DNA of 64,000 nucleotides from Chloropicon primus (Eukaryota), in the NCBI GenBank assembly GCA_023205875.1, contig CP060755.1:248001-312000 (forward strand), read 5' to 3'. The notes below the pieces were generated by a model. It made no database searches. It was not told the DNA's origin and saw only the letters and a list, made by a program, of their open reading frames with translations. Below, piece by piece: positions 46,939 through 57,393 of this stretch. The stretch's first letter is position 1. The number at the start of each line of letters is the position of its first letter. The position numbers and the translations under genes were made by a program.

Positions 46939-48534
46939 ATGCCCCTGAGGTCGAACAAGACGTTTCGGCTCGTGCTTATCGTCCTGTCCATGTTCGTGGG
47001 TCTGCTCTTGCCAATATTCCACCACCACGATGGCACAGGGAGGCAAGTCAGGTACGAGCTGGTCCGCCTCAAAGACGAGTCGGTGCAGGAGGAGAGGCTC
47101 TTCGACGCCGGTGCCCCTGTCGACGACGCGGATCTTCACCAGCAGCAAGGTGCTGGCAAAAACACCGTGTGGAAGAGGCACGAGGACATCAGCAAGAAGT
47201 ACCACGTCTTGCTCACCTCTCAATCGAGCAAGTACCTGAACTGGCAGTCCCTGTTGATGTACTACCACTACAAGAAGCAGAAGCAAGCGGGGGGGGACAA
47301 GACCGACGTCGGCGGCTTCACCAGGCTCGTGGCAGCGAGCACGACTTCTGATGACATCTCCGACACCGTCCCGAGCGAGTTCGTGAACGAAATCGACCCC
47401 GCCAAAGTCAGGGACGAGTACAAGGGCTACGTGGTCCTCAATCGGCCCTACTCGCTCCAGAATTTCTTCCAGCTCGGGCTCCACGAGCAACTTGACGAGG
47501 ACTTCGTTTTCATTGCGGAGACGGACCACGTCTTCATGAGGCCCATAGAAAACCTCGCCACGGCGAAAACGCCGGTGGCCTACCCTTTCTCGTACATGAA
47601 GCAGATGCCCAAGGAGCTCCTCAAGATGGTCCGGAGCGTGTGCCCTTCGATAAAGAGGATCAGCCAAGTCCAGCCCATCGGGCCGTCCCCCAGCATCATC
47701 CACAAAGCGATGCTGAAGCGGATCATCCCGGAGTGGTACAGGATTTCCATAGAGTTGAAGACCCACCAAGACCAGTACGGCGACAAGCTTGGCTGGATTC
47801 TCGAGATGTACGCCTTCGCCATCAGCGCTGCTTGCTTGGACATCAAGTTCAAGGTCCTGGAAGAGTTCCAGGTGGAACCCACGGCGGCCACTCCGTGCAG
47901 CTCGAAGGACCTCGAGAGCAACTTCATCTTCCACTACACCTACCCTCTGGAGTTCGACGAGAGCGGGGAACCGATGCCGCCGAACGAGGTGGGTTACTGG
48001 AGCCTGAACAAGAGGAACTATGGGGCGGCTTACCCGCCCAGAAACCTGGAGCTGCCGCCCGCGGGCTCCAGCGACTGCGCATTCTACCTGACGAGGGCCT
48101 GGACAGATGCAATCAACAATCAGAGCCAGGGCGTCTGGCACCAGGCTCCCGTGACCCTGGGAACCATTGGGTGGAAGCCCAAGCCGCTCGCTTTGGTGGA
48201 CATGGAGAAGAGAGGTTTGTCGGATCTGTTGGGGTCCCGCTGGACTTGGGTCCACGAGAAGGACACGGAGGGCCTCCGCAACAGTCGGGGGGTGCTGGTG
48301 TTTCAGGATGGCGGGACCCTGGAGAACCCCTGGGGCAAAGGGACGTGGGGCGAGATCACCGTCCTGCCCGAGATCATCTCGGTGGAGTGGCACTGCCCCC
48401 CGAGACACCCGATCCTGTCCCTGACCTTTGGCAACGCCGTGCACGTCATCTGCATGAACGTGGAAAGGGGAGTGCTGAAATCGATCAGAATTCCTGACGG
48501 TGTCTTGAACATGGGCGCCAAGGTCAGCGGTTGA
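46939..48534 (+). CDS. HPAT: Hydroxyproline O-arabinosyltransferase-like (GT95), type II Golgi protein with an extra C-terminal domain
   Basis: N-terminal TM; YHVLLT....Y.NWQ...MYY.YKK, GGFTRL, Y.VLNRP, AETDH, GPSP, GW.LEMYAF, HYTY. Confidence 0.88.
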   Translation: MPLRSNKTFRLVLIVLSMFVGLLLPIFHHHDGTGRQVRYELVRLKDESVQEERLFDAGAPVDDADLHQQQGAGKNTVWKRHEDISKKYHVLLTSQSSKYLNWQSLLMYYHYKKQKQAGGDKTDVGGFTRLVAASTTSDDISDTVPSEFVNEIDPAKVRDEYKGYVVLNRPYSLQNFFQLGLHEQLDEDFVFIAETDHVFMRPIENLATAKTPVAYPFSYMKQMPKELLKMVRSVCPSIKRISQVQPIGPSPSIIHKAMLKRIIPEWYRISIELKTHQDQYGDKLGWILEMYAFAISAACLDIKFKVLEEFQVEPTAATPCSSKDLESNFIFHYTYPLEFDESGEPMPPNEVGYWSLNKRNYGAAYPPRNLELPPAGSSDCAFYLTRAWTDAINNQSQGVWHQAPVTLGTIGWKPKPLALVDMEKRGLSDLLGSRWTWVHEKDTEGLRNSRGVLVFQDGGTLENPWGKGTWGEITVLPEIISVEWHCPPRHPILSLTFGNAVHVICMNVERGVLKSIRIPDGVLNMGAKVSG

Positions 48535-48655
48535 TGCCCACAGCTCGTAGCGAGCGGAGGGGCGAGGCACCGGACGGAGCGGGGCCCCTTTCAACCAACT
48601 TTTGTTGTAAATAATAGATTTGTGTGCGATAATTATTTCTTGAGTATTTGTTCCT

Positions 48656-49273
48656 TTACTGCGAGACCGCGCCACCGGTGTACGCGATCAGGGCGATCTC
48701 CTTGAACTTGGCGTAGGCCTCCTCCAAGCTCTCGTTCACAACCTTGAAGTCGAAGATGCTGTTGCTGTTTCCAAACTCCAGCTCGGCCTTGGCCGTCTCC
48801 AGCCTGATTTGGATGTCCTTCTCGCTCTCGGTGCCTCTCCCCCTCAACCGCCCCTCCAGAACCTCGAACGAGGGCGGCATGATGAAGACACCGACTTTGT
48901 CTATGGAGCCGTCCTCGTGAACCTGCTCTGCCCCCTGCATATCAATGTCAAGCACGCAACACTTCTTCTGCTCTTCGATGACCTTCTTCACGGAGGCGAA
49001 ACTCGTCCCGTAAATGTTCGAGCTCACGTGCGCGAACTCGAGGAACTTCCCGTCCTCGATGTCCTTGAGCATATCGTCCCTCTCCACGAAGTGGTAGTGC
49101 GTTCCTTCTGCTTCTCCCTCCCTGGGTTTCCTCGTCGTGTGGCTGCACGAGAAACCGAACTTGTCCGGATGCTCGTCGAGGAGCCTCTTGATCAGCGTCC
49201 CCTTCCCGACTCCGGACGGGCCGCACACTAAGAGGGCCTTGGGCCTCCTCGATCCCGCCTCGCCCTCCTTCAT
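48656..49273 (-). CDS. Guanylate kinase
   Basis: P-loop GPSGVGKGTL, SHTTR.PR.GE..G.HYHFV, F.E.A.V..N.YGT, LDIDMQGA, FI.PPS...LE.RL.GRGTE. Confidence 0.95.
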   Translation of the reverse strand: MKEGEAGSRRPKALLVCGPSGVGKGTLIKRLLDEHPDKFGFSCSHTTRKPREGEAEGTHYHFVERDDMLKDIEDGKFLEFAHVSSNIYGTSFASVKKVIEEQKKCCVLDIDMQGAEQVHEDGSIDKVGVFIMPPSFEVLEGRLRGRGTESEKDIQIRLETAKAELEFGNSNSIFDFKVVNESLEEAYAKFKEIALIAYTGGAVSQ

Positions 49274-49314
49274 CCTCGCCCTCTCTATTTTCCGCCGTCG
49301 TCACAGAAAACGAC

Positions 49315-49321
49315 ACCACAC

Positions 49322-49360
<39 letters not shown>
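49315..49360. repeat. (CA)n microsatellite
   Basis: Long cacaca run upstream of guanylate kinase. Confidence 0.85.
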
Positions 49361-49361
<1 letters not shown>

Positions 49362-49905
49362 CAAGCCAGCAAGCCACACAGCAAGCCAGCCAGAAACTCC
49401 CAGGCAGTGGTACCTTGGTCCCTCCTTCCTCCCCTCGCAACCCAACCAACTCCTCGCTCAACTGTACGCGATCGAGATCGCTCTCTCCTTCTCTCCTCCG
49501 GCGCGACGCCCCCTCCTCGTGGTGAATCACGGAGACCGTGAGTGAGGATTGGGATCGTGACCGGCTGTGACGGTAACGTCCCAGGGGCATGAGGAAGGAG
49601 TAGACGGGGACGGGAAGGCGCGCGAGAGGACGTTGAAACGCACGAGGCTGTTGTCAACCACTACACTACGGTACGCGCGGGACGAGGCGGTGTTGTCGCT
49701 TGTGGTGAAGGAGTACATAGACGGGGAGAAGAAGTTGGGGCGGCTCTCTCTCTCTCTCTCTCGCTCTCTCTCTCTCTCTTGTGGTGAAGGAGTGAGCGCG
49801 GGGGGTGATTGGAAGGGGAGAAGAAGAGCAAGTTGGGTTGGGTGAGTGTGCGGCATACGAGGTCACATCTAGGGGCGAGAAGCAGAGTTCGTGTTGGCGG
49901 ACGCG

Positions 49906-50999
49906 ATGGTGAAGAGCGGAGCCTACCCTGCCGAGGCGGAGGGGGCTGATGCGAGGTTGCTGAGGTCGACCTCGACCCACATTGACGTGAAGGGGGGGGA
50001 GGCCGAGTCCAAGGGGTTTGGCGGGCTGAACGCGAGGCTGCTGCTGATTATTGTGTTCCAACTGGGGACCTCGGTGTCGATGTCCCTGGTGAACAAAGCG
50101 GCGATAGGCCGGTTGCCGTTCCCGATTTGGTTGGTCGTCCTGCAGACCGTGGGCACCGTGGTCATCCTCGAGGCCAGCAAGGGCCTCGGGCTGATCCACT
50201 ACGACTCGTTCGACTGGAACAAGGGGGGTAAGAAGTTCGTTGGGGTCTCCGTGTGCTTCGTCACCCCAATGGTTTTCAGCATGATCGCGATGAAGCACGT
50301 CTCGGTGCCCACGCTCGTGGTGTTCCGGCAGATCACCACCGCGCTCACGCTGGCGGGCGAGTACGCGTTCTTCCAGAGAACCTTCGGGGGCCTCGTGTAC
50401 GCCTCGGTATTTCTGGGGATTCTGGGGAGTCTGGTGTACAGGTAAGCTCGTTTTTTTCTTTGCGTTTTGCCTCTGCCTCGCGAGGTGAAGACTGACTTCA
50501 TCATTTCGTTCCCCTTTGCAGCACCTCGGCCAGCGATTACTCCTTCGTGGGCTACTTCTGGTCGTTCGTTTACGCCGTCTCGATGGCTGTGAACTGCCTG
50601 TACATCAAGAAGGTGTTCGACCAGCTGCCGAAGATGTCGAACTTCGAGAAGACGTACTACCAGAACTTGGAGGCGATACCCTTTCTCCTGCTCCTGGCCC
50701 TCCCCACGGAGAGCGCCTCGGACTGCTTGTCTTACATGGCCACCATCAGCGCCTTCGGTTGGCTTGTCATTCTCTTCTCCTGCTTTGCGGGGTTCGCGAT
50801 AAGCGTGGCCGGAATTTTGGCGAGGGACGCGCTGTCCCCCACGGCCTTCAACGTCCTCGGGAATTGCAGCAAGCCCATGACCGTGGTGATGAGCTTCTTC
50901 ATCTTCGGAGCCGAGTCGTCTGCGCAGGCCCTCGTGGGTCTGGGCGCAGTTCTGGGCGCTGGCTTGCTGTATTCTTACTCCACGCAGAAGAAAAAGTAA
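49906..50999 (+). CDS. Golgi nucleotide-sugar transporter (GONST/GDP-sugar-like, DMT fold); exons 49906-50441 and 50522-50999
   Basis: MSLVNKAA...LPFP..L..LQ, V.VPT..VFR, GYFW, YYQNL, LSPT.F.VLGN..K; about 10 TM segments; in-frame GT-AG intron. Confidence 0.85.
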
Positions 51000-51555
51000 A
51001 CTTGAAAGAGTGTAATGTTAGGTTTAACGTCAAGAAGTCCGCACCATCATTAGTCAGGCAGGAGCGCGTCTAGCCTTGGGTGGAGCCTACAAAGAGGGAG
51101 CAAAGCAAAGCAAAGCAAAGCATGAAGGCGTTGGTGGCGCTGGTGGTTCCGGGAGTGATGGATTGGGTACTCTGAGCCTCAGGGTCTGAAGGGAAGGGAA
51201 GGGCCCTGGTGGTCCCAAGTCGTTACTAGTCGTATACAAGGAAGCGATGGATGCGACGATTGGATGTAAACCTTCGTCCTTCGTTCGTGCACGGCCGGAG
51301 AGAACCCGTTGAAAGAAAAAGTCGCTATGCTTTGTGTTTGATTAACGAAATTGGAGGCCCGAGGGCCTGGACCAGTCAAAGATCGTGTCTTGGTTCGCAA
51401 GAAGGGATTACCACTGGCGTGGCAGAGGCAGCAGAGGCAGGAGAGGGAGGGAAGAAGAGAGAGAGGGACGTTGTGCCAAGCGGAAGAGGGCAAGGCAATA
51501 GACAGAGAGAGAGAGAGGCGTAGACGTTGTCGTTGCGAGAGAGAGGAAGGTGAAG

Positions 51556-52854
51556 ATGACAGGAAGTACGTGGGAACTGGACCCAAAGACAATTGGTGGT
51601 GCCAGCTTTCCCAGAACGAGGCGTGTGAACCAAGAAGAGAGGAGGACGCTTATATTAAATGCCAAGGAGAGGACCATAGGGGTGGACAAGGATGTGCTTG
51701 CAGCCCAGTCTGCCGCCAAGGAGGAGAGAAACAGAAAGGAAAAGGAGCAGGACCAGTAAGTAGGACTTGAACAAAGCGTTTCCCATCCACTGTGCACGAA
51801 CATTCTTTCTTCAAGGCTGGGTGCAGCAACAACTCGTCGTCGTGTGACTCGTCCTTGGCGCGCTCTGACCGAAGTTTCGTGCTCGTCCTTCGTTTGCTTT
51901 TCGTGCTGAAGGTACTACGCCAAGCAGGCCCAGTTCTATGACAACATTATCTGCCAGAAGGTCCAAGATGCCTTGAAGCAGCAGCGCGAGGCCAAGATGC
52001 GCTTGGTGGACTTCCACCGAGAAAACCAGACGAAGGAGTCAACGAGGGAGTGGGACTTGAATCGCAAGGACATTCTTAAGATAGAGCCTCCGCTTGGAAG
52101 CATCGAGTCCACGCTCCGCCCCTCTTCTCTCCAGAAGTTCGAAGGTGAGGACGTCACAGCCGCTGATAGGAGGGACCTCCAGATCAAGCAGCAAAGGACG
52201 TGGATTGAGAAGCAGAAGCAAGAGAAGCAAGACAGGAAGAACCAGGAAGTTCAGGAGAGCGTGGAGTACTCTGGCCTTCTGAAGAGGCAGCAGGCCGTGC
52301 AGGCGTACGCGGAGATGGAGCTCAACACTTCGAGGAAGCACCTACAGAGCGAAATTGCTCAGGCTAACAAAGAGCTGGCGGAGAGCAAGCGCCAGAGAGA
52401 GCTGCTTCACAAGAGCGATGAAGCCAAGTTGAACGAGGAGGAGATCAACGCTACGCTCAGCTCGGAGAGGTTGAACGAGAACCCAGTTCTCGCGGTCCAC
52501 TCGAACCAGCCCTGGAGGGTGAGGACCGACCACTGGAAGGGCATGGCGGACGACGAGAAGGACAAGATCCGCCAATACCAGCAGACCCAGAGGGTCGAGG
52601 CCGAAGAGATCAAGGCCAATAACTTGCAGATGGAGAACATGTACGCGCAGCATACCGAGTACGCCAGGAGATACGTCACTCATGCCGCGCATCAGTTCGA
52701 GACGATGAAGGAGCAACAGAGAGTTAACAACCGCGATTTCTTGAAGACTCAGATGCAAGAGAAGGACGCCAGGGACAAGCACTTCAACGAGGTGGTCAAC
52801 ACGAACTATCCTACCGAAGATTTCTTCAACCAGTTTGGCACGAGCCATCGCTGA
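51556..52854 (+). CDS. RIB43A: Axonemal microtubule inner protein RIB43A; exons 51556-51755 and 51912-52854
   Basis: RR..I.NAKERTIGVD...L..Q, REWDLN, SSLQKFEGED, DHWKGM, N.PT.DFF.QFGTSHR. Confidence 0.92.
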
Positions 52855-52927
52855 GCCTAAAGCCCGAAAACATTGTACTTCTTATATTCACCCAATCGTT
52901 TTAAAGCCTGCCCGTCGTGGTCTTCTC

Positions 52928-53494
52928 TCAGTCCCTAGTCCGCTCCTCGGCGTTCTGCCTCTTCGCCTCCTGCTGCAGCTCCCAGTGGGGCAAGCCCTGG
53001 GCCCTCCTCTTGAGCGCACTCGTCGATCTGTGGTCCTCCAGCCCCGGCGCGTGCACGTTGAGCTGCATGTTCGTTCGAAGGTACCTCGCAATGTCCCTCG
53101 CCTCTATCGTACTCCCACCCCTGTGGTCCACCAGTTTCACCGCGAACTGGAGCGAGCTCAGGCACAGGTGTTCCACGATGTCCGCGAGGAGTGGCCAAGC
53201 GCTCTCTTCCACGGTGACTGAGCCGCCCTCGCTCTGGCCTCCCCCCGCCTTCCCTGACGACGAGGACTCACCCAAACTCCTCTGAACGATGTCGAAGAGC
53301 GCCTTGGGCTTCACCGCTCCCGTCTCCCCCTCGCAAGCCTCCACGAGGGACCGAGGAAGCCCCTGCGCGTCCCCCCCCAAGCTGAGTCCGCCCTTCTTCC
53401 CTCCCTTCCCTTTCAACCCACCAACCTCGCCGTTCCCTTTCGGCGACGCCGTTTGGGGGTTCCCATGCCCATCGCCAAGGGCCGCTGGGAGCAT
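52928..53494 (-). CDS. TAF12: TAF12-like histone-fold TFIID subunit
   Basis: L.D.V........A.KL..HR...TIEARDI..YL..N......PG resembles the TAF12 histone fold. Start at MLPAAL is inferred. Confidence 0.65.
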   Translation of the reverse strand: MLPAALGDGHGNPQTASPKGNGEVGGLKGKGGKKGGLSLGGDAQGLPRSLVEACEGETGAVKPKALFDIVQRSLGESSSSGKAGGGQSEGGSVTVEESAWPLLADIVEHLCLSSLQFAVKLVDHRGGSTIEARDIARYLRTNMQLNVHAPGLEDHRSTSALKRRAQGLPHWELQQEAKRQNAEERTRD

Positions 53495-53806
53495 CTTCCC
53501 TCCTTCCCCTCGCCCCTCTCCTCCGTCACGCAAGAGAAGAGAAAAACGAAGAGAGAGAGCCGCTCTCCTCCGTCGCCGCTCCACTCCTTTGGCTTCGTCG
53601 ATCAGAGAGCGAGCGAGGACAGGGGGAGGAAGGGAAGGGAAGGGAGGTTGGGACAGGAGGGAGCGGCGCAGGGTAGGGCGAAAGGGAAGGGGCATCTCTC
53701 TCTCTTTCTCTCTATTTTGTCTTTCGAAAGGTTCCCTCGCTTGCGCTCGAAGGAAACCAAAGAAGGAGTGGTGGGGATTGGACAACACGAAAAAGAGGAG
53801 AGGAGG

Positions 53807-55524
53807 ATGGTGGTGTCAAGAGGGGACGGGAACGGGTACAGGTACGAAGCCAAGATACCTTCGTGGACAACGGGTCACTCGCAGGGCGAGGACAATGTCG
53901 TGTACTATGTATTGGAAGTGAAGGTGTACCCAGGGGCGACGAACAAGGGGGGTGAAGTGGGTTCGAGCGGGAATGAGTCGAATAATGGAGTTCTGGTCAG
54001 GAGCGTGCAGAGGCGCTTCAGCGACTTTAGGAGGTTGTTTGACATGCTGTGCATGCTCTACAGCCAGGAGAAAATGATGTCGAAGCAAATTCCTGAGGTT
54101 GAGAACAGTCCAGGCTTTAAGGTAGAAAAAGGGGGAAGGTAAAGTCACATTTGTCCAAAGCAGCAAATAACGGGCCAAGTCCACCAAGTGTCCCTCGGTT
54201 CAAAACATCTGACTGACTCGTTCGCTACTTCGATCGAATTTTTCCTCTGTTCAGCTTTGCTCGGGGCAACGCAAGTCAGAGCGAGGTGATAGGGGCGAGG
54301 AGGGAGGCCCTCGACCAATGGGTGGGCTTGCTCACCGCGGACGACCAGCTGAGCTGGAGCCCTCCTTTCACCGCGTTTCTGCAAGTGGACCAGGCGATTA
54401 AGGAGCACAAGAGCGGGGGACAGTCTGGTTTGGCGGGTTTCTTCACCAGAAGGAGAAGGGCGTCCAGGTCAGGCTCCGTGAACTCGACGTCGAGCGCATC
54501 AGAAGTCTCCGACTCCCAAGGCCCTCCGTCTTTGAGAGGAAGCAGCCAAGACCAGGGCACTGCGAGCCCGAGTGTGAGCTCAAGCGAGCTGGATGGCCTG
54601 AAAGCGTTTCTTGCTTCAGAGACAGCGACAAAGGAGTTTTTGGCGAAGAGGGTCGCGGAGCTTGAAAAGGAGCTCACGACAGTTCGAAAGGAGAGGGATG
54701 AAGCAAAGCTCGAGGCGGACCAGAACACGTCCTCCGAGAAGATGCACGACTTGCAGTTCGAGCTGCAAGAGACCATGAATAAGGCGGAGAATTTGGAGAA
54801 GGAGAAGGAGAAAGAGGTGGAGGCGAGGAATGCGGTGGAAGCGAAGCTGCAAGAGACCGTGGTCGAGCTGGAGGGCAACAAGGCCGCCCTCCACCAAGCC
54901 AAGGAGCACATTCAAAGCGTCGAGAGGGAGAAAGATGTCATCTTAAAGAACTCCAGTGCTGACATCAAGACCCTTGCAAGGGAAGTCAAGCGTCTTCAAA
55001 AGCTCGATGGGGCAGAGAAATCAAGAGTCAAAAAGCTGGCCAGGGAAATAGAAAAGCTTCAGCAGAGTCTTAGGAATCTAAGCGTTGCTGACGGCGACGA
55101 CGCGTCACGTCTCCTGAAGGTGCTGCGCGAAGCGGAAGTTCTGCACAGCAGAATTCAGGAGTGCACCATCGACAAGTTGATGATGGACGAGAATGGAAGC
55201 TCCGAGGGGGTACCGGGGGGGAAGGATTCGGAGAGGGTAGAAGAAGTTTTCCAGTTGAGCGACTCGAGAATAAGCTGCCTGCTCGCAGAAGTGCAATTTT
55301 TGACCGAGGTTGACAAGAAGCAGGAGGCTCAGCTGCTGGAGGGCAGGCAGGAAACGAATGAGAAGCTCAGGCAAACGCTGGCGAACATTCTGATCGAGCA
55401 CGCCCACCTTCAGAGGGCCTGCAACAGAATGGCGAGGGACTCAATAGCCGGTAAGGATGCCCCAACAAGCTCTAACGACAAGGGGCTCACGGAAGAGGCA
55501 CCAGACATGATATCATTGATATAA
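53807..55524 (+). CDS. PX-domain coiled-coil protein (EREX-like); exons 53807-54138 and 54255-55524
   Basis: Y...IPSW, VVYY..EV, V.RRFSDF..L, RR.AL..W...L..D..LS.S.....FL. C-terminal region contains K.LAREVK.L and SD.RI..LLAE.Q.L. Confidence 0.8.
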
Positions 55525-55659
55525 GTTTTGGTTACACAGGTGTGTTGGGATCAAATGGATTGCCTTTTTTTCAACTACAAAAAAGTTTCTCTTGATTTTA
55601 TCTTTACACTTCCAAGGTTTTACAATGTCTTTCTCTTTTCTATGTCTTTTTCTTTTCTC

Positions 55660-57078
55660 TTACGGCCCTCTCGACAGGGAAGCAGGGTAGCTGCCTTCCA
55701 TTTTCAAGACTCTCATCGTGCTTTGGCCCGGGGTTCCACCCGCGCCGGGCGGCTGTATCTCAAGAACTTGCGCCAGAGCATTGCACACTCCGCTCGACAT
55801 ACCAACGTCAATTCTCCAGATTCTCCCGTTGCACTCGCAGTTACACCCCATCTCCTGGGGCGTGTGTCCCACGACCATCTGGTTGGCGCTCAGCTGGTTG
55901 AGAACCTTGGACAGAAGGGCGCAGCTCCGGGACCGGTCCACCTGCGTCTTCCAGATTTCCCTCGAGTACTCCCGGCACCACAGGACGCTGTCAGGTGACC
56001 CCATGGCAGCCATTGGCGACCTCGCGCCCTCCTCCCCCCTCATCCACCGGCTCATCTCGTCGTTGAGCCTGCCCAGGCCGTAATCCACGTGGTGAGGCAT
56101 GATCCCGCCGTGAGCGAAAACCGTGTCGTTGATCTGGAGCGCCGTGTAGGAGTTGGCGAGCTCCCGAGCGATGGGCCCCCCGGGGGCAAAGAGGGCCACC
56201 CTAGCCTTCAGCTGGGCCTGAAACTTGCCCGCCATCTCAGGAGGCAGCCCGGCAACCCGAGCGCTCTCCACGAACCCACCAGAGGTGACGTACCGAAAGT
56301 CCCCACAAATATTCAGAGACTCGTGGTTCCCGTTCAGAAGAAAGACGTCCCCGCCTTGTTCCTTCGCCTGCTCCTTCAACCGCAGAAACAAGTGCAGAAT
56401 CTGTATCTCGTGGTCTCCCCTGTCCAGTATGTCCCCCAATTGAACGACCACGGTGTCACCCCCGCACCACACAGGCGCCCCTTCCGCGCTGATGCTCAAG
56501 ACCCCCGCGAGCTTGAGAGCGGCCACGGTCTTCTGCAAGTCGCCGTGCACATCGCCTATCGCGACGACTCTCGAGTCCGTCGTGATGAACGTTTTCTCGG
56601 ACAGGGGCACCAAGTCCCTCGAGGCCTTCTGCGCTTCGATCGCCTCGCCACCGACCTCCGCTGGCTTACCTGCTACGAAGAAAGCACACGAGGGGAAAAA
56701 AGACCAAAGCGAAACCAACCAAACCAAATCAAATCAAACAAAGCGTTCAGTGCTCTCGTCCCTCTCTCTCCCTCTCTCGCGGGCCCGGCGTCTGGGCGCT
56801 CGGCCACCCAATCCGAAGTGCGCGGGAGACCACGGGCGCGCGTTCCTTCCGTTCCTCTTCTCACCTTGCTCACTCCCATTCGTGCAACACGGCTCACGGA
56901 CGTACCGCCTCCGCCCCTCGCGGCACGTGCGGCGCGTCCCTTCCGCGGTCCTCCGCCTCCTCGCTAGGGGCAGGCCTTCCCGCCGCCTGCGCAAGGATCC
57001 TCGTGTCTCGGCGCAACGCCCCCGTCCCGCGGCGGTCCGCATGGCGAGGTCCTGTGCCCACGTGCCCACGGCTGCCAT
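55660..57078 (-). CDS. SLP1: Shewanella-like PPP phosphatase (SLP1-like, plastid); probable exons 57078-56865 and about 56669-55660
   Basis: GDVHGD, GDILDRG, GNHE, HGG, MVVGHTPQ, RIDVGMS.G; Arg-rich transit-like first exon. Splice sites are inferred from frame. Confidence 0.85.
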
Positions 57079-57167
57079 GGCCGTCGCTTGTCCACCTCTC
57101 AATAATCTGCGAGGGGACAGGCAGCGAGGCCGGGAGCCGGGAGGAGGCTGAGGAGGAAGAGGCTGAG

Positions 57168-57192
57168 GAAGAAGAAGAAGAAGAAGAAGAAG
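57168..57192. repeat. (GAA)n microsatellite
   Basis: gaagaagaagaagaagaagaagaag. Confidence 0.8.
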
Positions 57193-57312
57193 ATTTGGAT
57201 GGGAAGGCTAATTAATGTAATCGATGCTTGGACGAAATCGCGCGTCCTTTATTTGTGTTTGTGTTTGTGTGTTGCCGAAAAGATTCTTTTCTTTGCTTGT
57301 GGGAAAGGGAAC

Positions 57313-57314
<2 letters not shown>

Positions 57315-57342
<28 letters not shown>
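57315..57342. repeat. (TG)n microsatellite
   Basis: tgtgtg run downstream of the MHS transporter. Confidence 0.85.
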
Positions 57343-57343
<1 letters not shown>

Positions 57344-57393
57344 CGCTCTCGAACCCAACCACCTAATAATGCACCAGAACCCGGCTCCGCTCG

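Noticed and set aside
49285..49590. Possible upstream exon extending guanylate kinase (ATG 49590, donor 49413)
   Set aside because: In-frame joining needs the second AG rather than the first, and there is no clear CTGAC branch point; unsupported without RNA data
51000..51555. Short ORFs between the sugar transporter and RIB43A
   Set aside because: Purine-rich, low-complexity UTR/promoter sequence without coding signature
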